From Vitrella brassicaformis CCMP3155 (Eukaryota > Protista > Chromerida), in contig CDMY01000259.1 of the NCBI GenBank assembly GCA_001179505.1, forward strand, positions 1 through 64,000: 64,000 bases of DNA. The letters are read 5' to 3'. The notes beneath the pieces are model-generated. The model searched no databases and was not told the DNA's origin. It saw only the letters and a program-made list of their open reading frames with translations. The position numbers were made by a program, and so were the translations under genes. Every line of letters begins with the position of its first letter. The stretch's first letter is position 1. Positions 1-11,514 of the stretch are shown here, piece by piece.

Positions 1-90
1 GCCACAGCACGCGGGTGTTCCAGATGGCAGCAGGCCGACTGATGCGATTGAAGGCGTTGCTCGCGTCCACCAGCAGGAGCCCCTCGGTCT
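1..90 (-). mobile_element. Fragment of a non-LTR retrotransposon reverse transcriptase (CRE/R2-like); continues beyond the left window edge
   Basis: Reverse complement of 1-88 translates as TEGLLLVDASNAFNRISRPAAIWNTRVLW. This matches the LLxD(A)xNAFNxxxR...W motif of non-LTR RT domains. It is too short to appear in the ORF track. Confidence 0.8.
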
Positions 91-153
91 TACTCACACG
101 CATCAGTGCAGACGGAGAGATACGTACGCATCAATGGCTTTTCCATTGTGCAG

Positions 154-965
154 GGCGTCTGTGAGCACAAGAGGGGCAAGATCATGGCATGCTATGAGCT
201 GGAGAGCGCGCGGTTCAAGGTGGGCGGCAATAAACATGCGCTGTGCACATTCTTCCTTGCCATTGTGTGTGTGCCTTCAGAAGCTGCGCGAGAGCCTGAT
301 GGCCGGTCCGAGCACTACCACTGCCGACTACACAGTACGTCCGTCTGCCCACTTGCATCCATAATCTTAAAGAAAGGCATTGTGGATGGATGTGTATTGG
401 TTGTGTCCTCCTTCAGGCTGTGGCCGTGCCGCCGTCGACGACCTCTGCTGCCATCGACAACCAGCCGACACCCAGCCTCCTGCAGCTCGTGCCCATCGTG
501 GCGCAGAAGGCGGCCTCCCCCCCCTCCCCCTCCCCCTCCCACTCACCCTCTCCCGCCCTCGAGCCGAAGTCGCGCGCCGCTGCCCCTGCTGCTGCAGCCC
601 CGACACACGACGCCACGCCACAGGAGCACAAGAGCACCCCGTACTCGCCCCCGCCACCCATCGCCCCCCATCCTCAGCCTCACCCCATCCGCCACGCACC
701 GACGCACGCAGCAGAGCAGCCGCCCCCGCTGGGCCACTACCGGCTGAAGGCGTCGGTGGCGGACTGGGGGGAGGGCGAGACTGGCTATTACGCCAGCCCG
801 CTGACGCAGTGGGACACCGCGTTTTGGGAGAGGCGGGGGGCCGAGTGGGTCGTGACCTGCAAGCAGCCGGCGGAGGATGTGGGCTGTTGTGTGAGGGCGG
901 CCAGGGGGGTAGCCAGGGGGGTGAGGAGCGCATATGCGCACGTGTTTATGATAGCTAATGGGTAG
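154..965 (+). CDS. Tandem-family protein copy 1 (5' part missing or disrupted): Pro/His-rich linker plus W/Y-rich C-terminal domain
   Basis: Phase-0 exons 154-219 (GVCEHKRGKIMACYELESARFK), 281-334 and 417-965, joined by GT-AG introns. The last exon ends GHYRLKASVADWGEGETGYYASPLTQWDTAFWERRGAEWVVTCKQPAEDVGCCVR...ANG*. Exon layout mirrors copy 2. Confidence 0.65.
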
Positions 966-1324
966 GGGCAAGGGTAGGGGTGTACAGGCGGGACGGTGCC
1001 CGTTGTGCTCGCGCGAGAGGAGGGAGAGGGGAGAGAGAGGGGTGTTGACTGGGAGATCGTCAGTATTTTGGTTTGGTTTGGCCTGGATGGGTGGAGGCGC
1101 GAACCGCACCGACAGTGCCTGTCTGCCTGTCTGCCTGTCTCTGTCTGCCTGTCTGCCTGTCTGCCTGTTTGTCCGTCTGCGTGAGCCTTGATGTCATGTG
1201 CCCTCTTCAACCGCATGGCCCGGTATATGCGGTCTGTTTGCGTAGAAGAAGGACCGTCGACACTCCGATCTGCATCAATGGGAGCCTGGGTCATTGGGAG
1301 AGAGCTTATGCTCATTGTGTGCAG

Positions 1325-2674
1325 GCGCACCCCGACCGGCGTGTCATGGAGGAGCATGACCTGATGGCGGAGGTGAATGCGGCAAAAGATACCCTCCTCG
1401 ACGATGAGGAGAGACACCAGTATGACCGCCGCAAGGTCAGCACACTACAGCCATACAGATGAAGAGATGCGCATTCATCTGCTTCGTGTGTTCCTTCGGC
1501 TGGCTGCTCAATGGTGCAGGGCATCTGTGACGCGAACCGCCATCAGGTCATGAAGTGCTGGACGAAGGAGTGCGGCTGGTTCCAGGTGGGCGGCAGACAG
1601 ATCAACACATCACATATGCACACCACACCCACACATTTTTCCTTTTCGTTGCTCGTTCCTTCAGACGCTGCGTGAGAAACAGACGCTGGTACACAGCAAC
1701 GCTGCCCAGTCGGTACGTAAGCGCTGCACCCGCCTGCACCCATAACTTTCGTGACGATGTGTGTGTTCTTTGTTGTGTTTCTGGATGGATGGATGGATCA
1801 GGCTGTTTCCGTGCCGCCGTCGACCAGTCCGGCCACTCAGCCCAAGATCCCCACACCCAGCCACCTCCAGGTCGTGCCCATCGTACCGCAGAAGGCGGCC
1901 TCCCCCCCATCCCCCTCCCNNNNNNNNNNNNNNNNNNNNNNNNNNNNNNNNNNNNNNNNNNNNNNNNNNNNNNNNNNNNNNNNNNNNNNNNNNNNNNNNN
2001 NNNNNNNNNNNNNNNNNNNNNNNNNNNNNNNNNNNNNNNNNNNNNNNNNNNNNNNNNNNNNNNNNNNNNNNNNNNNNNNNNNNNNNNNNNNNNNNNNNNN
2101 NNNNNNNNNNNNNNNNNNNNNNNNNNNNNNNNNNNNNNNNNNNNNNNNNNNNNNNNNNNNNNNNNNNNNNNNNNNNNNNNNNNNNNNNNNNNNNNNNNNN
2201 NNNNNNNNNNNNNNNNNNNCCCCCTCTCCCGGCCGCTCACCGACGTCGCCCGCCGCTGCCCCAGCCCCCACACACCACGCCACGCCACAGGAGCAGGAGA
2301 AGAGCACCCCATACTCGCCCCCGCCACCCATCGCCGTATCCATCGCCCCCCACCCTCACCCTCACCCCATCCGCCACGCACCGATGCACACAGCAGAGCA
2401 GCTGCCCCCTGCCGGATACTACCGGCTGAAGACGTCTGTGGCGGAGTGGGGGGAGGGAGAGACTGGCTACTACGCCAGCCCGCTGACGCAGTGGGACACC
2501 GCGTTTTGGGAGAGGAGGGGGGCCGAGTGGGTGACCTGCAAGCAGCCAGCGGAGGATGTGTGTTGTTGCGTGAGGGTGGCCAGGGGGGTAGCCAGGGGGG
2601 CGAGGAGCGCGTATGCGCACATAATGGCGATGGCTAGAGAATTCGTCGAGAGCTGCAGCCCCGACACGGCATAG
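1325..2674 (+). CDS. Tandem-family protein copy 2 with a partial J-domain (HPD motif); contains an assembly gap
   Basis: Exons 1325-1435 (AHPDRRVMEEHDLMAEVNAAKDTLLDDEERHQYDRRK, resembling J-domain HPD plus helices III-IV), 1520-1585, 1665-1712 and 1802-2674, all phase 0. The start codon and J helices I-II were not found. Confidence 0.65.
1920..2219. other. Assembly gap (300 N)
   Basis: Run of N inside a C-rich Ser/Pro-coding tract. Confidence 1.
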
Positions 2675-3382
2675 AGCTGCCGTTGTCGGGGTCTGCCAGC
2701 TGCTTCGTCGACGCCATCCCATGGGGCAAGAGATAGATAGAGTGAGCGGTGCGGCGGGTGCGTGAGTGAGGTGTGCGCGTGTGGTGTGGTGGAGGACGGA
2801 TGCAGCGATCTGATAGCTGAGAGAGGCCACACAGACAGACAAGACAGACAGACAGACAGACGACAGACGCGCCACGGCACGCCTAGAGAGCTGCCGTGGC
2901 GTGCCGTGGCGGCTGCCTTCCTTCCGTGGTTGGTCGAGCTGCCTGCTTGCCTTGTTGGACGGGTGGGATGCGTTCATGGGTGCATGTCATGGTGGCTGTC
3001 TCGTCGGTCTCGTTCGTTGGTGCATGGTGGGCGTACCTTACCTGCGGCAGACATGGATGGCGTGGAGGGGGCGACCGAGTGAGTGACACACCGGATTGGC
3101 TGACTGACTGACTAACTGCTGGACGTACTGCTGGCTGGGCGAGGTGGTGTTTGATGACGTGATGTGTGCGCTGTCGTGACGTGAGTGAGGTCGACTGTTT
3201 GGCTGCCAATTTGGCATGGCAGGTGAAGAGCAGAGAGGCGGGCGAACGGGCAGGCGGGCGGGCGATTGGGTGAGCTCTGTGTTGGCGGGAGGCAGGCCAG
3301 ACAGAAGGGGTGGCTGTGATGTTGTGTGGTGGGGTTGGTCGTCGGGCCCGGCCCGACTCGACTCATGAGCGGCGTTCGCGCC

Positions 3383-3862
3383 ACCCACTAGTGTCTGTTC
3401 CTTTCTGTCCTGATTAGAGGTGTTTTAAGCCAGCCATTTTGTGCACTAGCTATATAGATGAGTAGAGAAGTCTCCGGCCCTCTGTCTGTGCTGTGGCCAT
3501 TTCAATCGTATACCCACCGTACTTTCCTTCCTGGACACGACGACACACGGCACACCGGCACATATTCTCTATATCAATCAGGTCAGTCGATCACACACAC
3601 ACGGACGAACGAGTGCATCAGCATCTGGCTATATATGTGCCTATCTCCCCGTGTGTGTGTGTGTGTGTGTGTCTGTGTCATGTGACTTGCAGGTCACTGG
3701 TCAGGTCCTCATTGCCTAACGAAGCCGACGTATTCTGACGCCCTCTTCCTCCATCAACGCTCCACAAGGTACGTATGCCACACACATGCACCGAATATGC
3801 CTTCGCCTTCACGTGTCTCTCTTCGTGTGTGTTTATGCCATTGGTTGCAGATTTCCCTCACA
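3383..3862 (+). repeat. Dispersed repeat module B, copy 1 (exon/intron-like structure)
   Basis: Aligns by eye to 12956-13430 and ~11515-11890. Shared blocks include gccagccattttgtgc, tcag|gtcagtcgatcac, catgtgac(t/a)tgcag|gtcactggtcag and ccgaatatgcc...cttcacgtgtctctc. Confidence 0.85.
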
Positions 3863-3905
3863 GGCCGTCTCCAGCCCCCACGGGCCATGGGAACTAGACG
3901 CGATC

Positions 3906-4053
3906 CGCGGACCCACCGATTTCATCCTCCGTGACCTTGTGGAATGGTTGGCTGTCCTTGGAGCCCACGGTCCCATAACGAGTTGTGGCGAAGCTGAGAT
4001 CTGTTTCCCGCGGGTTGGCAATATCACGCCGATACTGCTGCGCAACGTCCGAG
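3906..4053 (-). pseudogene. Inverted copy of most of DNA-PKcs exon 1 and its donor site
   Basis: Reverse complement aligns with ~46431-46580: SDVAQQYRRDIANPRETDLSFATTRYGTVGSKDSQPFHKVTEDEIG versus SDAAQQYRRYIANPREADLSFATTLHGTVGSKDSQPFHKVTEDEIG. The ATG is absent. Confidence 0.9.
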
Positions 4054-4055
4054 TT

Positions 4056-6652
4056 GAAGGATCATCTATCGAGGGGTCCGCAAGAGGCCTTCCTGACGCC
4101 CCTGAAGGGCCAGATTGTCGAGTGGTATCCGTCACACACCCCCGCCACGTCCCCTGACTCCCTCATGTCTGCCGGCATGGGCGGGCCCTCCTCGCCCAGC
4201 AGCCGGAAGGACAGCTCGCCCAGTGCGGCCATGCAGCAGACACTCACGTCATTCTGCCCGCCAGAGGGGCTGTGGCTCTATCGCGAAGAGCAGGGGTGCC
4301 CCGGACCTGTCTTCTTCTCGACGGTGCTATGGGGACTGTCGCGGCGGGCCTACGTGTGCTGCCTGATGGTGTGGGAGCCGCGGGCATGGCCGTGGGATAT
4401 CGACCATGGCGAGATGCAGAGGAGCGGCTTGATCGACGGCATGGTCGCAGTGACGGAGGACTTGCTCGAGACAGCCCTGCGGGTGCCTCCATCGTCTATG
4501 TGCCGACGTGCCTGTGCTTCATGACCCGGCAGCCGCTGATCAGCTCCCTCAAGAGTGTCCTCTATGAGCTCTACCAGCTGCAGCAGAGGACCGCCAAGGT
4601 GTCCTTCCTGCGGCAGCTGCTCAAGACACCCACCCGGCCAGCCCGTCGAGTGACCACTCTTCTGCTGCTATTGAGAGCACCATCGGCCGTCTCGTCGTCG
4701 ACCTTAGCGGTGCTGGATTGGCCCGGCCGTCAGTCAAGCTGCACATCGGCATCGGTGACACACACCTGCGGGCGATAGATCTGCCGGGCGGTCGCAGCAA
4801 CGGCGGCCGGGAGCTGAGCTATCGGGCGCTCTTCGCGTGTCTGAAGCTGGACCGCATCGTCAACGTCTTCACCCTGCTGCTGCCGGAGAGGAAGGTGTTG
4901 ATGCTCTCGCGGCGGGTCTTTCTTCTGACCTATCTGGCGGAGCCAGTGCCAAGGCCGGACGGCCTTGGCGGTGGCCTTAATGCAGGCGCCGCCATCTCGG
5001 CCCCCACGCCCCGGTGTGGAGCTCGAGGACGCCATTCGTCCCGTCCAGATCATCTCCGGCGTGGCCCGTCGGAGCCGTACCACCGAGTCACCGCAGTTTG
5101 GCCGCTACCCCCTGCCTGCTGCCAAGGGTCCCCGCGCCGGTTCGTTGGTGTCGCTGGGCGAGCGAGACGAGCTGAAGCCGTTGGGAGAGCGCCATTTGTG
5201 GTGATGTCCATGGAGACAGAGGATGGCGACCAGGGCAACGGCGCAAAAGTCGTGCTGGAGGAGGAAGGTACGAGACCTACACACACATACATATGGCGGA
5301 GGTCATATCATCTCTTGTCATGCTCTCATGGCTGTCGTGTGTGTGTGCAGGTGTCGTGGGTTTGTGTCAGGCCGCCAGTGGGCCCTAGTCACTCGGTGAT
5401 CGACGGGCGAGGCCATCCGGCAGACCCATTGGTCACAGCAGCCCACGCACGAAGGCCATTCGAGAGGTACGCACGTATGACCACACGCAAAGGACGTGCT
5501 CATCTCGCGTGTGCACATACTTGTATGTCTCTGTCTGTGTGTGTATCTGTTGGTGTGTGTGTTTGTCTGTGTGTGTAGGTGGAGGCGATTGGCTGTCTGT
5601 CTGGCTGGCTCGGGCAAGTCATTCCTCCGGGAGTGCGTGCCTTCATCGGCAAGTCATTCCTCCGGGAGTGCGTGCCTTTCGGCAGCCCTTCTTCGCCACC
5701 ACTCCATCCCTGGTAAGTGAAACACAGCACGCGCAGACAGACAGAAAGACAGACCTACCTGCATCTTGGATGAATGGACGGGTGCATCTGTCTGTCTGTG
5801 TGTGGGATGTGTTTATGAATGCATTCAGGTGCCGTGAACGGCAAGCCCAGCACCACCGAGCCCCCCTCTGGAGGTGTGAGCGTAACGCCATGCCCGTGTG
5901 CAGACGACCAGTGGGACAAGGGCGCTCGGCTGGTGTCGCCACCACCGCTGCTGCCTCAAGGGCACGACGTGGTTGTGGGCAGTGAGATGGACGACGAGGC
6001 GTTCTTCGACGAGGCAGCGGAAGATATCATGGCGATCCTAGAGGACGCTGTCATGTCTCCACAGGACAAGACCGCAGCCTCCGGCAAGGCCGACAGTGCC
6101 AGCCGGCCGGCGAGTGTGGTCGACAAATGCGTGTCGCTGGACCTGAGTGAGGCGTCGCCCTCTGACCACGCCACACCCACACCTCCCCCAGCCATCCCTT
6201 ATGCGACCATCACCCCGGCCCCTGATGTCGCTGATGTGCCCACAGCCACCCCCTTTGACGACACAAGGAGACTGGCACCGGACGACGTGATTGAGGGAGA
6301 GTCACAGCAGCCATCGGCAGCTGTGCCGGAAGCGCCCAGACCCACACCCGTTTCAACTGTGGATGCTGCCACGAGCGCGGCGCCGGAGCAGGCAACGGTC
6401 TCGACAAGCGCCCTCGCCGAGCCGACAGAGGCGCAATCCATGGCGGTCGAGGGCCCCGACAACAAGCCTGTGCGGGAACTGACTCTTAAAGAGGTCGATC
6501 GGTTGCGTCTCGGGCATGAGGACATCGTTGTATCGAGACTGGGCGGCCTCCGCACCAGCATGTCGTTCTCCCTCCCCCCGTCTTCTTCCCCCCACCCCAC
6601 GGCGCTCCTCTTCATGCCGCGACGCCATGGCCTCTCCCGTGTCGCCATCTGA
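4056..6652 (+). pseudogene. DENN-domain (Rab GEF) pseudogene fragment
   Basis: uDENN-like LKGQIVEWYP...TSFCPPEGLWL...VFFSTVL...AYVCCLMVWE and cDENN-like VYVPTCLCFMTRQPL...LSYRALFACLKLDRIVNVFTLLLPERKVLMLSRRVFLLTYLAE. These lie in three different frames with no intervening introns. There is a 35-nt out-of-frame duplication at 5613-5678, and no start region. Confidence 0.8.
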
Positions 6653-7000
6653 CGAGGGCCAATCTGTGCAAAGGAATTCCTTTGATGATCTCACTGAGGA
6701 GCCCCCTGTGTACCAGCACGCCCCTGCTCCTACCGATCCGCCTGGTGATGACCAAGGGCAGCGGGATGCTGGGGACGGGAGGGCTAGCGGCGAGGAGGGG
6801 AACGACCCGCCAGACGATGTGCCCGCAGCGTCTGTGCCCTCTCCCCCGACGAGAAGCACCCCACCCACCACCCACCACCGACCACCCACCGCCACCACGA
6901 GAAGAGGCCCCCGCGCCGCCATATGTAGACAGACGGGGGAGGATGGCTGTTTTTTGTTTTCCGTCAGCGGCCCTACCCGTTGCCTTTTCCTCTCCTTTCT

Positions 7001-7111
7001 TTTCGTCCCTCCGTATGGTGCGGACACTGTTTTGTCGTATTCTTTTCGTCCCTCCGTAGGGTGCGGACACTGTTTTGTCTTTTTCGTTTCGTCCCTCCGT
7101 AGGGTGCGGAC
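7001..7111. repeat. Three tandem copies of a 43-bp-period hairpin-containing unit
   Basis: tttcgtccctccgta(t/g)ggtgcggacactgttttgtc starting at 7001, 7044 and 7087 (third copy truncated). Confidence 0.9.
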
Positions 7112-8479
7112 GCTCCCTTTTCGTTCGTGTGCGTGGGTGTGGTGTGTCGCTGTCTACTGCCCGTCTGTCTACTTCTTATGTGCGTCGGCGGTGTTCTCGT
7201 TGACCGAAACAATCGGTTGGTGGTGGTGGTGGTGGTGGTGCTTGTCGGGGGCGGGAGGTCGGTTGGTGGAGGGTGGGTGGATGGATGGATGGTGTCGGCC
7301 CGGGGCTGGCCATGGGTGTGGGTGGCCTGACGTCTGTCAGAGTGTCGGTGTAGACATCGGCATTGTCTGGTACTTTCTGGTTGCGTACTTATTTGTGAAT
7401 GACTGGCTGCCAGAATGGATGAATGAGGCCCATGCCTGCCCGTTGACTGACTGTGATGCAGCCAGCGTGTTGTGGGGGTAAGGGACTTGCTGGGGCCTTT
7501 GTCCGCGCAAGTGTCCGCCGTCAGAAGGCCACGGACGGGCCTTGCGGCTGGCTGGTCGACTTACTGGCCTCTCAGGGGCGCGTGTGTGGACGATATACAG
7601 TTAAGCTGTGGTCGCCGCGTGAACCTGGGATGTGCCACTCGAATGAAATGAGTGTGTTTGTTCTGTCTGGCTTGGTGGCTGGCTGCATCGGTCGGTGTGT
7701 GTGTCTGGATAGATGGATGGATGACAGACGAATTCACTATCATGTGGTGACAATCGTGACCCATGCTTCGTGGATGTGCGAGATGCGTGTAGAGGCGTGA
7801 GCGTAACGCCATGCCTGTGTGCATCCATGTCGACTTACTCCTACTGACTGACTGCGTATGTAATGTATTTTGGGTCCACGGCTCATTCGACTTACTCCAC
7901 TCACCCACCATGTGCTGTTTGGATGGATGTATAGGCTTGCCCCACTGCACCCACAGACTCCCTGACCTGACCCGACCTGTTCTCTAGACAGGCGTCCGTC
8001 CACAGGGAGAGGAGAACAGCCGTTTCTTTATCGTGTGCTTTGGCCTGAAACACTTCCTCCTGTTTGTCTGCACCAGCCAGATGTGTTCATGTGCAGAGAG
8101 ACGCAACACACACATACCAACCATCCACTGACTGTGTGAATGGCCACATGCCAGTGGATCCCTTTGTCATCCAGCGGTTTTGCTTAGCGCCCCGCGACAC
8201 GCCCACCCACTCAGGCACACACATGCCGACACGAAGCACAGCCTTCTCCTGCTGCGCAGGAGCACTGCTCTTTCCGCCGCTGTTTTTCGTCGCTGGCCGC
8301 GTTTTTCCAGCCTCCGCCGGACACCACAACTGCGCTTTCGGCCCATCAATCATCCCATCGACAGCTCCTTGTGCAGCCGTACCTGCCCTGACTGACATCA
8401 GGCATCCACATGCATCCTGCAGGGAGGTACCGACTTTACTCCGGGCTCTTTGCCCCCAGTCTATGGGATGGCGGCCCGC

Positions 8480-10142
8480 ATGCATTCGCTGTGCCTGTCT
8501 GGCTGTTTGTCTGTCTGTCTTGGTCTGTCTGTCTGTGCAGCTGCTCTGAAGGAGAGCCTCTTCAAGGAGAGCGACGGCCTGCTTCAGTCCATCCGTCAGC
8601 AGCACACACACGCTCTCACACACGGGTGCTCATCTCATTCACACGCCTTCTTGTTTGTCCACCCGGCCCACCGACGTGCTGCAGGCCAGAGTTGCGCTGA
8701 CAAGAGCAAGCCGCTGCCGGATGCTCGTCTGTACGGCCTCAACACGTGCGCCAAGTTCATATGGCGGTGCGGGAGGGACGCCGGGCTGCAGCACCACATG
8801 CCCGCCATACTGGTGGGCTGGTGGACGGGGCGGTTGACCGGTGCACTTCCAGCAGGCCCTGGCCATCCAGCTCACCTGATGGATTGATGTCCGCTCGTGT
8901 GTGTGTGTGTGTGTGTGTGCAGAGGAGCGGGTTTGGGTTGTTCCAGAAGGACGAGTCGAAGCGCGTCAAGAGGGCGGCGCTGTATCTCATGCTCGAGGTC
9001 ATCAAGTGCAACGCCAGGTGGGTCTGGGGTTCTGTGGGTGAGTGTGGGTGTCCACGCACAGCCAGACAGCAACAGGTACACGTGTCTTGTCTGGACTGGA
9101 TGTGTGTGGTGTTTGGCGGGTGTCAGGTGCGGCAGCCCTCTGAGTGCCCAGGAGATGGAGATCGACAAGCACATCGGCAGACTCATGGAGGAGCTCAAGT
9201 CGTTCAGGACCAAGATGGGCCCACAGGCACAGGGCGCCCTCTACGCTCTCTTCGGTGCGCATGGCACATCACATCCACACACCTCCCTCTCATGGACATT
9301 CAACCTGCCTCTGTGGTGTGTATGTGTGTGTTCAGCTGGCATGATCGACCTGTATGACAATCACTTCTCCCCCCAGCAGCTGAGGGACATCGCCAGCACC
9401 ATCAAGACGGTACGGTACGCACGAACCCACTCAGGGCATGGCTCTTCGTCCACAAGGCGTGCACCATGCATGTGTGTCGGTCGTGTGTGTCTTTCCCTGT
9501 CGCTGTGTGCAGGTTATGGAGTCCTCAATGTCGAATCTCTCCAAGGGCTTCGAGCCGTCGCTTATCGAAGGTGACTCAATGTAATGTCATCCCACAGAGA
9601 TAAGACACACCCACTGCTCGCCTCCTCGTCTGTGTCCATCAGGCGTCATGAAGGGCCTCGAGTCCCTCCTCCACAGGTATGCATGCTGCCTCCCCAGCCC
9701 AACACGCCGCCATGTGCATCCGCACGGACCTCTCCGTCCGTGTGTTTGTCTGGATGGGATGAAGGCATGCCGACGCCTTCTTCCCGGCCGACCAGCCCGA
9801 CCACGAGAGCCGCCAGAGGCTGTACACCTTCATAGAGGGCACGGCCAACTACGTGCAGGGGTCGGGAGGATCACTCGCACCCATGGTCGGCAAGCTAAGC
9901 ACGCCACACACAGATAGAGGCGCGAGGATCAGTCACCCTTCTCTCTGTGTTGGTGTGCAGAAAGCCGCCATGTCAGTGTTGCGTCGACACGCCCAGCTGT
10001 TCCGCGGCCAGCTGCTGGCCGAGCTGAGGGCGGTGCCGGCATACCGCAACAAGCGGCAAGAGGAGAGGCTGGCGGCGCGGGAGGCTGCCAAGCAGGCCAA
10101 TGCGGGTGAGGCTGCTGCGGCGGCCGAGGGACAGCCGGCGGA
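8480..10142 (+). pseudogene. Truncated duplicate of DNA-PKcs exons 2-10, introns included
   Basis: Colinear, high-identity match to ~46644-48300 including introns. All GT/AG sites are retained. Homology stops abruptly after EGQPAD, and the frame runs on to a stop at 10242. Confidence 0.92.
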
Positions 10143-11514
10143 TTGGCAACTGAAACGGCACACCGCCGGCCCTCAGCCGGACACTGACACACAGAGCAAC
10201 AGGCAGGCAGGCAGAAGGACAAGACAGTGTTTGAACACATGAATGGATGGTCTCTTTGCTCGCTTGTGTGCGGGGTGCGCATCGTTGCTGCCATGGTAGC
10301 CCATAGAAGCTATGTGCAATCCCTCCTGCAATGAACGGAAACCACCAGAAGATAAGATGCCACAGAACAAGACGCATCCATCCATCAGCCAGATTCCTTT
10401 CCTCGCCTGCTCTTCTGCGTGGCCGGCACTGCCCGTACCATCCCATCCCTCCACCTGCGTACCATTTGGCCTCCGACAGCCAGGGGGAGGGGGAGGAGGG
10501 GGAGTGTCGTCAGTGGGAGGGCGAGAGGGAGGGTAATTAACTGTGTAGGATGGGACGTACACACCATCCATTTGTGCCTTGCTTTTCAATTGTGCTGTCT
10601 TAGTTCAGCCACTCATGTTTGCTCATTCGATGACAGATGACAGATGACAGATTCATCCATCGTGTCGACGTACTCATACGTACATGGCTCCTGCGTCTCA
10701 CAGCCACAGACGAGCGACATGGCCAGCCTTTTGCAGCCTGGCCACGCGGCCTCATTGTTGGATATCCTCAGCCATCGAGCGGAAATCACTTGTGTTGTGG
10801 TGGCAGCAACGCCGTGGTGGCGCTTCTCCTTGGCGGCAGAGGCAAAGTAGGACGAGGGCACCTCAGACATCTTGCTAATGGGGCTTCAAATGGGGCTGCG
10901 AATGGCGAGAGTATTGATAATCAGATGTGTGGCTGCTGCCGACTCACATACAGGGCGATAGCATCGTGATGGCAAGAACCAGGCGTCCCAAGAAAAGGGG
11001 TGAAGAGAGAAAAATGTGGGCCGGAGTCGAGAATTTCGCGATGGAGGCGAGACGGCGATCCTTCCGAACCATCCCGAACCTCGATCGCCACACAGGTTCC
11101 AAACCTCCTTTCCGCTCATATTAGAGCACAGCTTCAGCCACCACAGCTCAATTCATTTTCTGACCGCAGCACGCGTGCTGGAATCCCAGTTGACGGTGGC
11201 ACTTGACGAAGCGACCGTGGCGGCGGCGTTAAGAGGCAGTTTCGCCAACAGGTACGTCAAGACACCGTTGGCCTTGACGGCTACACCGCATGCCTTGCCT
11301 TGCCCTCAGGCTGATAAGCCACGGTGAGGTCCCAATGAGTCGCACAGTGACGCAAAGGACCTGCAGTGGCCGCCGGTTCAGCTCGATTACGCCAGTTTCG
11401 CCGGCTGCTTTGCGACAAAGAGGAGCGGAGAGGGGAAACACGAGTGAGTCAGACACCATGTAGAATGGGCACTTCTTTGTGCAGTTGTGCTGCCTTGTTT
11501 TGCAGTCGAGAACT

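Noticed and set aside
7001-7111. CRISPR-like array
   Set aside because: The repeats are nearly contiguous with only ~7-nt linkers and no unique spacers, no cas genes are present, and the context is eukaryotic.
10280-11260. Exon-like pieces on both strands around a promoter-like stretch (MSEVPSSYF... on the minus strand)
   Set aside because: They are short, unrecognisable and frame-ambiguous; possibly another captured fragment, but unsupported.
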